Part shown: positions 49,280 to 60,389 of the stretch, in pieces
How the letters are laid out: each line of letters starts with the position of its first letter
How positions within the stretch are numbered: position 1 is the first letter of the stretch
Origin: Eledone cirrhosa
Lineage: Eukaryota
Length of the DNA stretch: 64,000 nucleotides
Reading direction: 5' to 3'
Assembly: GCA_964016885.1 (NCBI GenBank)
Contig: OZ024740.1
Location: 74,710,001 to 74,774,000 of the forward strand
Made by a program: the position numbers and the translations under genes
The notes under the pieces: generated by a model
Told to the model about the DNA's origin: nothing
What the model saw: the letters and a program-made list of their open reading frames with translations, nothing else
The model's database searches: none

Positions 49280-51130
49280 TCAGAGCTTGATAAACTCTTC
49301 GTCAGTCTCTTGGTCAGCTGCGATCTGTTGAAGGTTGATGCCTGAATGCACATGTATTGTGTTCAGCTGGATTCGGGACAGGGCGTCGGCTGCTACGTTG
49401 TCTGATCCCTTGATATGCCGAATATCAGTTGAATATTGGGAGACAAAATCCAGGTGTCGGAGTTCTCTCGGTGAATGTCGATCAGGTTTGGTACAGAACG
49501 CATAAACTAGTGGTTTATGGTCCGTGTAGATCACAAAATCTGATCCTTCGAGCATGTGCCGAAAATGCTTAACCGAAAGATAGGTTGCCAAGAGTTCGCG
49601 GCCAAAGGTACTGTATTTCGTTTCTGCCGGTTGCAACCGCTTAGAAAAGAAGGATAAGGGTTGCCACACGCCGTCGACATGTTGTAGAACGCCTCCAACC
49701 CACGTGTCTGATGCGTCCACTAGTAGCAAAAGAGGAGCGCCATACCTGGGGAAAACGAGCATGGAAGCGTTTGCCAACATTTCCTTCAGGCGGTTAAAAG
49801 ATGTTAATTCTTCCTCGTTTAGGGTAATCTCTTCGTTTTTGCGAGTCCGGTTACGAAGAAGGTCCGTGAGGAGTCTGGCTGCGTCGGAACAATGAGGGAT
49901 GAACCGCCTATAAAAATTCACCAGACCGAGGAATTCACGCAGTTTCCGAAGTGATGTAGGTGCGGGAAAACTGCGGATAGCTTCTACTTTCTCGGGAAGT
50001 GGACGAATGCCGTCTTTATCGATGATGTGCCCGAGAAAGGACAGTGAAGGAACGCCGAGAAGGCACTTGCTGGGGTTGATGATGATACCGTACTCAGCCA
50101 AACGTTGGAAAAGGAGATCTAAGTGCTTCTCGTGTTCATGCTCGGAAGTACTTGCTACCAGCACGTCGTCAATATACGCGTATACGAAGGGTAGATCGCG
50201 TAACACGGTGTCAATAAACCGCTGAAAAGTTTGTGCAGCGTTGCGCAGACCGAACGGCATTCGCAGGAATTTGAATAAACCGAACGGTGTTGTGATTGCG
50301 GTCTTCGGAATGTCTGCAGGCTCCATAGTAATCTGGTTATATGCACGCACCAAATCTACTTTGGAAAAGTTGCGTGCGCCTTGCAGAGAGGCAGAAAAAT
50401 CGTGCAGGTGAAGTACAGGGTAATTATCGGGCACTGTAGAATTGTTAAGTGCACAATAATCCCCACATGGTCGCCAATCATTCTCGTGTTTTTTAGGAAC
50501 AAGGTGTAGGGGTGCAGACCAGTTGCTGGAGTTGCTGGAGGAAGGGCGAATGATTCCGAGGTCCAGCATGTGTTGGAACTCCTGCTTGGCGATTCTCAAT
50601 CGGTCTGGAGGCAGTCTCCTTGGTCGGGCAGCTGTGGGTGGTCCCCTTGTCTCGATGTGGTGCGTGACACTATGCTTAATGGGACCATCCTTAAATACCG
50701 GGCGAGTGATGTCTGGGTATTTCTGGAGAATGCCGTTGTACCGTGAAGGCTCTGACTGGCAAATTACAGGGCTCACTGTGGATTGCGAGATAAATATACC
50801 TCTCACAGTGAGGTTTGTGGTGGTGTCGATAAGCCTCCGGTTCTTCATATCCACCAGAAGGTTGAAGTGGTGGAGAAAATCGGCTCCTAGGATAGGGGTC
50901 GGCAGGTCTGCCACGACGAACACCCATTGATAACACCGCCTCAGGCCTAAATTGAGGGTCAGAGACTTCTCCCCGAAAGTCGGAATTGACGATTGGTTCA
51001 CTGCCTGCAGAAAGGATGGGGTTGGGTGTCTTTTGCCCGAGATTAGTGAAACAGGAATAACACTAACCTGGGCTCCTGTATCCAAGAGGTAACGGATGCC
51101 TGTTGCCTGGTCGTTAATAAAAAATAGACG
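49280..51130 (-). CDS. Gypsy pol: protease, RT, RNase H
   Basis: [46 protein letters not shown] and NVAADALSR. Confidence 0.93.
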   Translation of the reverse strand, partial: RLFFINDQATGIRYLLDTGAQVSVIPVSLISGKRHPTPSFLQAVNQSSIPTFGEKSLTLNLGLRRCYQWVFVVADLPTPILGADFLHHFNLLVDMKNRRLIDTTTNLTVRGIFISQSTVSPVICQSEPSRYNGILQKYPDITRPVFKDGPIKHSVTHHIETRGPPTAARPRRLPPDRLRIAKQEFQHMLDLGIIRPSSSNSSNWSAPLHLVPKKHENDWRPCGDYCALNNSTVPDNYPVLHLHDFSASLQGARNFSKVDLVRAYNQITMEPADIPKTAITTPFGLFKFLRMPFGLRNAAQTFQRFIDTVLRDLPFVYAYIDDVLVASTSEHEHEKHLDLLFQRLAEYGIIINPSKCLLGVPSLSFLGHIIDKDGIRPLPEKVEAIRSFPAPTSLRKLREFLGLVNFYRRFIPHCSDAARLLTDLLRNRTRKNEEITLNEEELTSFNRLKEMLANASMLVFPRYGAPLLLLVDASDTWVGGVLQHVDGVWQPLSFFSKRLQPAETKYSTFGRELLATYLSVKHFRHMLEGSDFVIYTDHKPLVYAFCTKPDRHSPRELRHLDFVSQYSTDIRHIKGSDNVAADALSRIQLNTIHVHSGINLQQIAADQETDEEFIKL

Positions 51131-51491
51131 ACTTTTCTTTTCAGTACCAGGGGTGAACGTCGTCGCCAGGCCCTGGGTGGCATTCCGGAAAGAGCACGAG
51201 GCTTTGCACTTAGATGCCTGTGCGCCGAAATTTGTGTGATATCAGCAGAGGTTGCCAGGCACACGATTTTGACTGGGACTACTGGATCTTCGACTGTGAA
51301 AAGACCTGGATCGACTGTTGCTGCGTCACCGGTGTGTTTGAAAGGTCAGGTTCTCTACTTGATTTGAGAGGGCTTTAATTTGACCAGCCCGCTCTCTGAT
51401 CATAGCCCGCAGCTCTGAAATCTCGGCCTCTGTCGTTGGTTGCATGTCCATGTTGGTATTTTCTTAGGTGCTATCTAGTTGCGCATTCGAC

Positions 51492-51509
51492 ATCACGTCG
51501 GGGTCACCA
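51492..51509 (-). promoter_or_regulatory. Primer-binding site complementary to the tRNA-Trp 3' end
   Basis: TGGTGACCCCGACGTGAT lies 2 nt after the LTR end, the same 18-mer as the avian sarcoma/leukosis virus tRNA-Trp PBS. Confidence 0.92.
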
Positions 51510-51511
51510 AT

Positions 51512-52010
51512 TGTAGCGACGTGGTTAGTCAGTCTGGTCACTACTTCTGATCAGATCCGAGAATAGCCCTTAGAAGGACTGTTATCGCATACGGTCTGAT
51601 CAGATCTGAAGATAGCCCTTAAAAGGACTGTTGTCGCATATAACCCTTAAAAGAACTGTTGAGGATGGACAGTCGAAAGCACAAGTTGAAAGGACGAAGC
51701 AAGGCGAGATGTAAATTCGATCAGCTATTTATTTTCACATGAAGCGACGATACAAGGTACAAGGCATGTGTGAGTGACAAAGCGTGGCAGAGTAAAGGAA
51801 CAAAGATACGCTAGCTGACTCTGCCAAATGTCGACTGCTGAAGTGTTTGGAACCACTCTATTTATACAGAAATAATCGTTTGATGTTTAACCGCTGTGTA
51901 GGCGTTTATTCTGAAAGCTTTTAAGTTTTTTTTTGTTTCCCGTTGAGGTAGCTAGCTAACAGGTAGATGGCGCTGTATATTTCACAGATGTTATTTCCGG
52001 TGGCTGTACA
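51512..52010 (-). repeat. 5' LTR (499 bp)
   Basis: TGTA..TACA ends, TATAAAT and AATAAA on the element strand, adjacent PBS. Confidence 0.93.
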
Positions 52011-52078
52011 AACCCACTAAGTCAACTGCTTAAAATTGGCCTCAATTTATCTGCAAGACCCTGTATATATATATATAC

Positions 52079-52143
<65 letters not shown>

Positions 52144-52146
<3 letters not shown>

Positions 52147-52282
52147 GGAAGTGTGGTAAGGAACCAGGTGGACCGTAACGCACCAGAGTAATCGATACTT
52201 AGGGTAGTAGCGTGGGTAATAGGAAAAGAGTCAGGACCCCGACGAAACGGCCGGAGCTCAGCTGTCGGAGTCCTGACTCTTT

Positions 52283-52288
<6 letters not shown>
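52144..52288. other. Short GC-richer insert in (TA)n ending in a 25-bp hairpin (52219-52288)
   Basis: ATAGGAAAAGAGTCAGGACCCCGAC pairs with GTCGGAGTCCTGACTCTTTTTCTAT around a 20-nt loop. Confidence 0.8.
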
Positions 52289-52353
<65 letters not shown>

Positions 52354-52940
52354 CATCATCATCATCATCATTTTACATCTGCTTGCAAGGGTGGGACGGG
52401 CCCTATTCAGCACAGCATCTCTCTACTTGTCACAGTCCTTCGTCATCTCCTCCGTGAGTTTCAGTGATCTGAGGTCTGCTCTCACCACATGTAGACACAG
52501 AGAGAGGGTCCCTGTTATAATTTCTATTAGAATTTAACTTTTTTTTTTTTTACCCGAAGTTGATCATATATAGTACAAGTATATATTCTAAACAGTTGTT
52601 TAGAAAACAATACTCTCATATAAAAAAGGTGGGAAATATCACACATGTTTATAAAATAAATAAAATTTTGTAATCAGGTTTTCAGATATTGTGTGGTAAA
52701 ACTATTTATAATTCTCAAGAATTGTTTTCGTATTGAGAGCGATAGAAAAAGAGAGAGAAATTGACAAAAGGGAGCGAGATGATATGATATATGATTTAGA
52801 TAATATAAAAAATGAAACTTCTAATTTACTACCTTTTTTAAAAAGGCCATTTCATAACAATGGAAATAATAATAAGGTAGAATACGAATATGTCATTATT
52901 TTTATGCAGTCTTTGTATAAAACAAAAAAATATACTACAT

Positions 52941-54147
52941 AAGTTGACAGGTCTCCTCGCTGACCTCGATACTTGTATCCGAGCAGCAGCCGAGGGGATA
53001 TGCAACGTCAAGTTTGACGACATAGGGTGGCAACAAACCACTTTAATGGTCAGGTATGGCGGCCTAGGCCTTCGGTCCCCGATCTCACTAGCCTTGGCGG
53101 CGTATCTTTCGTCGGTAACCTCGTGCCGCGTCCTCGTCAGCAGGGTTCTTCAAAACACAACAGAACCCTCTGTGTTCAGAGAACGTGAGGCCGCCTGTGA
53201 GACGTGGGACCGGCTGGGACTTGGCCCAGTAGACGTCCCTCCTCCTTCTCCCCCTGTTGACGTCAAGTCCCCCCAACGCACTTGGGATGCCATCCAGTGC
53301 AGCCTGGCCTCAGACAGGCTCACGCGCCAGCTCGACCAGCACCGCCTTGCTTGTTTTTGTGCGGCCTCCAAATCCCACAGTGGTGCCTGGCTCCATGCTC
53401 TGCCCTCCTTCTCCACTGGCACGGAGCTAGACAACCATAGCCTGCGAATCGGCGTCCGGATCTGCCAGCCACACCAATGTCGCTGCGGTTCCACCGTGGA
53501 CTCTTTCGGCCTCCACCCGCTTTCCTGTCGCCACAGTGCCGGCCGCATTCCACGCCATACTGTCCTCAATGAGGTCATTAAGCATGGATTGGATGCTGCA
53601 GGCTTCCCTTCCCAGCTCGAGCCGGTGGGGCTGGATCGAGGGGACGGCAAAAGGCCAGATGGCATGACCATCTTCCCGTTCCGCGGTGGCAAACCCCTCG
53701 TCTGGGATTCCACTTGCACCGACACTTTCTGCAGCCACAACCTGGTGCAGTCTGCGACTGACCCAGGTTCTGCTGCACGTCGGGCTGAGGAAGCCAAACT
53801 CCTCAAATACCGGTCGCTCTCCGACAGGTTTGCGGTCGTTCCCCTGGCAGTGGAAACTTCTGGTGTCCTCGGCCCCAGGGCTACCTCCTTACTCACCACC
53901 ATAGGCGCTGAGCTGGCCAGCCGTAGGTGTGAGCCCCGCGAGTTGGAGTGGCTTTTCCAGCGCGTCTCCCTTGCCGTCCTCCGGGGAAACGCCTTCTCCA
54001 TTCTGTCCGCCGGGGCTGTGGGTAGGCCCCATCGCGTACCATTACATTAGTTAAATACCATTATTTCATCTCATACTCTCAACGTTAAGTGTTGCTTAGC
54101 TGCCTGCTTCTGTCTACTAAATTAAAATAGTAAAACACAAAAAAAAA
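52941..54147 (+). mobile_element. 5'-truncated CRE-clade non-LTR retrotransposon (thumb, Zn knuckle, restriction-like endonuclease, poly-A)
   Basis: GGLG, SGAWL, CRC..H..SC, RH..LNE, KRPDG, LVWD, EEAK..KY and LFQRVSLAVLRGNA. Open to the stop at 54050. A-tail at 54139-54147. Confidence 0.9.
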
Positions 54148-54334
54148 TTCAGTGATTTGAGGTTGTTTTGTCTATATAAGGTTGAAGACATGCGTATTTT
54201 ATTACTGTAAATAACACTGAAATTATAACTTTGTATTTATATAAAAGGTCAAGGATCATTTTTATGCACGCCAATCATTAATTGCTGGCCTTGTGCCAAA
54301 AGTAGAAACAATTATGACATCTTTATTCATTATT

Positions 54335-54513
54335 GGCAGTATCGGTAGAGAGTGGGACGCCATGCTTTGCAGCAAAGAGTTACGATCCTTTATGATCTGA
54401 GTTCAAATCCCGCCGAGGTTGACTTTGCCTTTCATCCTTACGGGGTCGATAAAATAAAGTACCAGTAATACCCTGGATAATTGCTGGCCTTGTGCCAAAA
54501 GTAGAAACAATTA
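54335..54513 (+). mobile_element. tRNA-derived SINE; its 3' 37 bp is also present just upstream (about 54279-54315)
   Basis: Matches the 17103 family. TAATTGCTGGCCTTGTGCCAAAAGTAGAAACAATTAT occurs twice. Confidence 0.85.
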
Positions 54514-54567
54514 TTGTATTGTACATATTTTATTATGTTTTTATTAAAATAAACGAACAAAGTTTCT

Positions 54568-57218
54568 CAGCCCCTATCCCACTGTGTGGTTCTTTATCCC
54601 AGCCCCTATCCCACTGTGAGGTACTTTATCTCAGGCCCTATCCCACTGTGTGGTACCTTATCCCAGCCCCTATCCCACTATGTGATATCTTATCCCAGCC
54701 CCTATCCCACTGTGTGGTACCTTATCCCAGCCCCTATCCCACTGTGTGGTACTTTATTCCAGCCCCTATCCCACTGTGTGGTACTTTATCCCAGGCTCTA
54801 TCCCACTGTGTGATACCTTATCTCAGCCCCTATCCCACTGTGTGGTACTTTATCTCAGCCCCTATCCCACTGTGTGGTACTTTATCTCAGCCCCTATCCC
54901 ACTGTGTGGTACTTTATCTTAGCCCCTATCCCACTGTGTGATACCTTATCCCAGCCCCTATCCCACTGTGTGGTTCTTTATTCCAGCCCCTATCCCACTG
55001 TGTGGTACTTTATCCCAGGCTCTATCCCACTGTGTGATACCTTATCTCAGCCCCTATCCCACTGTGTGGTACTTTATCTCAGCCCCTATCCCACTGTGTG
55101 ATACCTTATCCCAGCCCCTATCCCACTGTGTGGTACTTTATTCCAGCCCCTATCCCACTGTGTGATACCTTATCTCAGCCCCTATCCCACTGTGTGGTAC
55201 TTTATCCCAGGCTCTATCCCACTGTGTGATACCTTATCCCAGCCCCTATCCCACTGTGTGGTTCTTTATTCCAGCCCCTATCCCACTGTGTGGTACTTTA
55301 TTCCAGCCCCTATCCCACTGTGTGATACCTTATCTCAGCCCCTATCCCACTGTGTGGTACTTTATCTCAGCCCCTATCCCACTGTGTGATACCTTATCCC
55401 AGCCCCTATCCCACTGTGTGATACTTTATTCCAGCCCCTATCCCACTGTGTGATACCTTATCTCAGCCCCTATCCCACTGTGTGATACCTTATCTCAGCC
55501 CCTATCCCACTGTGTGATACCTTATCTCAGCCCCTATCCCACTGTGTGATACCTTATCCCAGCCCCTATCCCACTGTGTGGTACTTTATTCCAGCCCCTA
55601 TCCCACTGTGTGGTACTTTATTCCAGCCCCTATCCCACTGTGTGATACCTTATCTCAGCCCCTATCCCACTGTGTGATACCTTATCTCAGCCCCTATCCC
55701 ACTGTGTGATACCTTATCCCAGCCCCTATCCCACTGTGTGGTACTTTATTCCAGCCCCTATCCCACTGTGTGATACCTTATCTCAGCCCCTATCCCACTG
55801 TGTGATACCTTATCTCAGCCCCTATCCCACTGTGTGATACCTTATCTCAGCCCCTATCCCACTATGTGATACCTTATCCCAGCCCCTATCCTACTGTGTG
55901 GTACTTTATTCCAGCCCCTATCCCACTGTGTGATACCTTATCTCAGCCCCTATCCCACTGTGTGGTACTTTATCCCAGGCTCTATCCCACTGTGTGATAC
56001 CTTATCCCAGCCCCTATCCCACTGTGTGGTACTTTATTCCAGCCCCTATCCCACTGTGTGGTACTTTATTCCAGCCCCTATCCCACTGTATGGTACTTTA
56101 TTCCAGCCCCTATCCCACTGTGTGGTACTTTATTCCAGCCCCTATCCCACTGTGTGGTACTTTATTCCAGCCCCTATCCCACTGTGTGGTACTTTATTCC
56201 AGCCCCTATCCCACTGTATGGTACTTTATTCCAGCCCCTATCCCACTGTGTGGTACTTTATCCCAGCCCATATCCCACTGTGTGGTACCTTATCCCAGCC
56301 CCTATCCCACTGTGTGGTACCTTATCCCAGCCCCTATCCCACTGTATGGTACCTTATCCCAGCCCATATCCCACTGTGTGGTACCTTATCCCAGCCCCTA
56401 TCCCACTGTGTGGTACCTTATCCCAGCCGTATCCCACTGTGTGATACCTTATCCCAGCCCCTATCCCACTGTGTGGTACCTTATCCCAGCCCCTATCCCA
56501 CTGTGTGGTACCTTATCCCAGCCCCTATCCCACTGTGTGATGTCTTATCCCAGATCCTATCCTACTGTGTGGTACTTTATCCCAGGCCCTATCTCACTGT
56601 GTGATACTTTATCTCAGCCCCTATCCCACTGTGTGATACCTTATCTCAGCCCCTATCCCACTGTGTGGTACTTTATCTCAGCCCCTATCCCGCTGTGTGA
56701 TACTTTATCTCAGCCCCTATCCCACTGTGTGATACTTTATCTCAGCCCCTATCCCACTGTGTGATACTTTATCTCAGCCCCTATCCCACTGTGTGATACT
56801 TTATCTCAGCCCCTATCCCGCTGTGTGATACTTTATCTCAGCCCCTATCCCGCTGTGTGATACTTTATCTCAGCCCCTATCCCACTGTGTGATATCTTAT
56901 ACCAGCCCCTATCCCACTGTGTGATACTTTATCCCAGCCCCTATCCCACTGTGTTATACTTTATCCAAGCCCCTATCCCACTGTGTGATGCCTTATCCCA
57001 GCCCCTATCCCACTGTGTGATACTTTATCCCAGCCCCTATCCCACTGTGTTATACTTTATCCAAGCCCCTATCCCACTGTGTGATGCCTTATCCCAGCCC
57101 CTATCCCACTGTGTGATACTTTATCTCAGCCCCTATCCCACTGTGTGATATCTTATACCAGCCCCTATCCCACTGTGTGATACTTTATCCCAGCCTCTAT
57201 CCCACTGTGTGATATCTT
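54568..57218. repeat. 32-bp minisatellite, about 83 units
   Basis: Unit CAGCCCCTATCCCACTGTGTG(G/A)TAC(T/C)TTAT(CC/CT/TC). Explains the overlapping ORFs at 54492-57148. Confidence 0.98.
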
Positions 57219-59547
57219 GAAGAAGCAACTTACATTATACCCTTAGGATAACTATTTGGTAGATGAAAACTGTATAAAGTTCATCACGTATGTATGATGG
57301 TGGCAAATTGGCAAAGTCATTAGAGTGTTGGATTTAATACCCCTGTATTTGTTCTAGTTCTCTGCACTCTAAGTTAAAATCTTATTGGGGTTAACTTTGC
57401 TTAACATACTTTTCGGTCTATAAAAAAGAACCTAACCAGAGTCAGTGGATTGGTGAAATTGTTAACCTGTCAGATGGAATGCTTTGTCATATCTGATTTC
57501 ACTTCTCAGCAGTATGTTGTGTCCTTGAGCATGACACTTTATTTCACATTGCTTCAACCCACTCAGCTAAAAAAAATAGGTTGCATTTGTAATTCAACAG
57601 TGGTGGTGGTGGTGGTGGTGGTGATGATGGTGGCGGTGGCACTGGTGTTGGTGTGTAACAGCAGCGGTGGTTGTGGTGGTGGCGGCAGTGGTGTTAGTGG
57701 TGATAGCAGTGGTTGCGGCGGCAGTGATGAATGACATAACAGATTCATGTTCTTAAGATATGTATTTTACAGCTGGATTACCCTTCTTACTGCGAATCAT
57801 TCAACCATAAAGCAGTAAAAGTCCTTCAAGAAAACTGTAAGAAGAGTAGTATGCCCTATCCATGAGACTGAAATTATGCATAGATTTTTTTTCCATAGTA
57901 ACACCCAAGCTATGTTCAGTATTCTCATAACTAGTTTACTGGTGTTATTCAAAAATTTATAAAGTATATTTTTCAATGGGAAAAACAACGCTTATTTTTA
58001 CTGTAATCTTTACTACACATACACATACATGCATACATGCATAGATACATACATATGATGGCTGAAACTTGATTTCAAGTAATGCCATCGCTTGATACTT
58101 AAGCATGAACATCACGGACACGACTTTTTAGTTAAAAAACCTCTCTAATTAACATCCAGTAAGTTACCTAATAAAACCCCTCCCTTTACCCAGTCCCCCT
58201 TTTTGTACATCTCTCCTTGTATTAGCTCTCACCAAGTATGGTTTCCCTATATAGTTTCCCAATAAATTTCTAAACTTCTTTTCTAATCAGCCTACAACCT
58301 CTCACTATACTTAGCACCTAAGCTAGTTCCCTTTATCTGTTGTGTTTTTTTACACAAAATGAACAGACAAAAAACAATGAATTGCCTCCTTTACACTCTC
58401 TTCACTGCACACCTAACCCCCAATTATTATCCCTTTCTTTAGAACTCTTCTATTAAAAACAAATAAACAAACATAACCATTCCACGATGGGCAGACTGAA
58501 GAATTAACAAAATCAACTTGACATAATCAACGAAACACGTGTATCCATAAGCATGAGAGATCACAGCTCCGATACTATGGGCATGTGGTTAGAATGTCTC
58601 AGGAAGGAATCGCTGGACAGATTTTATGGGCAAAACCAGCCGGGAGTAGACCCCAAGCAACATGGTTGGATAACATCCATGAGCTTGGCTGGTCACTCTT
58701 GGGATCCAGCCAGATCAGTTGGAGATGGTTGCTTCTGACAGGTCCCGCTGGAGGGAGTGTTGTGGACTCTGTCGCCACAACCCTTGGTGACTGAAGTTCA
58801 TCAATGTTACTTTGGCTTAGCAGAATTTTTAACACAAGTCGCTGATTGAGTAATCTCCCTTAATATATAATACAGTGTCAAGGGAAGAAATTCATAAAAC
58901 AATTCAGCCTCATAAAAGTTAAGTAAACGTACAATTTAGTGTACTATATTTAATAAAATAATTTAAGCTTCGAACTACAATTAAATCAAACTACAATTCA
59001 AAAAATCTGTTTGCATGTACCACAATTACTCGATAACTGGCTATTGTATGACAATCGACTTGATTTGTCTTTATTGGTAACATTTAAAAAAATAAAACAT
59101 TCAGTTCAGCACTTTAGGCATTGCCAACACATCGACCCGTTTTTTTAACTTGCTATCTTATTTTTAACTGAAACAGGCTGATTTCTACAAATGATTTTCA
59201 ATAGTTAATTTAGATATTTTGAATTCTATCCTATGTGACCTCTAGGACATAACAACAGGAACATAATGTCATTTTGACAACTAGGAATTACATAAAAAAA
59301 AAAAAAATGAATAAATAAATAAAATATAATAAAAAACTGATGTCATCAACATAAATGTAATATTCCCTAAAATATCATTAAAATATGCGTTGTTTAAATT
59401 GAGAAAATAGAGTGAGAGGAAATGTTAACTATATTCATGACACCAATAATTTATTTACATATATTTAACAAACAAAAATACAGCAAGCTATAATTATTTG
59501 ATGTGATAGAGACTAAACATAAGATTTCTTTCTTTCTTAATGTACAA

Positions 59548-59739
59548 TTTCCAGCCTGTGGCATTCAAGATGTTTTGTGGTGTTGGGTCAGAGACAGCGA
59601 AGTTCTTATCATTGCTGGCGGCTCGCCTTACTGAGGTGTTAGATGTCCATGAGAGTACCTGGTTGTTTCAGTGCCTTAATCTCGTCACCACCTGTGGTCA
59701 TGCTGCAAGCATATTGGTTTGCCTCAAAATATTCTGTTG
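59548..59739 (+). mobile_element. CRE-clade C-terminal remnant
   Basis: FQPVAF..G..G...ESTWLFQCLNL...GHAASIL aligns to the end of ORF 52890-54050. Confidence 0.7.
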
Positions 59740-60389
59740 ACCCTGTGATGTGCGACCAATTGTCGCACGTGGTGGTGAATTTTTGTTTTGTTTCCTTTTT
59801 ATTTTTCTCTCACTCTAGTTGTATATTTTGGTGTGTTGTATTTGTGAGGTTCCTAGCAATAGTTAATTGTATTTGTTATATGTGTTTATATTTTCAATCT
59901 GAAAGAATTGTGAGCAATTTGTAATGTTATTTATGTATATATTTAACATCTTTCTATAGTAAAATCATTTGAAAGGTTTCCCTAGAGTAGAATCAACAAT
60001 GCAATGGAAGAGTATATTGAAAAAATAAAAATGCTTAAATTTTTATAAGATATAAATACTTGCTTCATTTAAATATAAACTCCATGTCTTGTCCTTACAT
60101 AAGATTCTTTGTAATAGACTGAGCAAAGTAGTATATTTGTGCTATTTCACTGTCCTCTGAAGAATCTTATATATAGTATTGGTAGTGAAGTCTTTCTTTT
60201 TTTTTTCAAAGCAAATATTTTGTTATGATAAACATTGTAATCTCTTAGGATAGCTTTAGGAATGAGTTGATGTTTTTATTGATTTGAATTGATTGTTCTA
60301 ACTTTTTATTGGTTCTGAGGGTGGTAAAACTCAAAGATACAGACACATACATACATATATGCTGATTGTTACTTCTTGTCATTGAACAT

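Larger units (their letters stand above)
48053..52010 (-). mobile_element. Ty3/Gypsy LTR retrotransposon: 5' LTR, PBS, deleted gag, pol; no 3' LTR
   Basis: PR-RT-RH-IN domain order. LTR at 51512-52010. Confidence 0.95.

Noticed and set aside
53150-54001. 283-aa antisense ORF
   Set aside because: Shadow ORF of the GC-rich CRE coding strand.
54492-57148. Many overlapping Pro/Tyr/Cys-rich ORFs, or a CRISPR-like array
   Set aside because: Contiguous 32-bp tandem repeat with no unique spacers and no cas genes.
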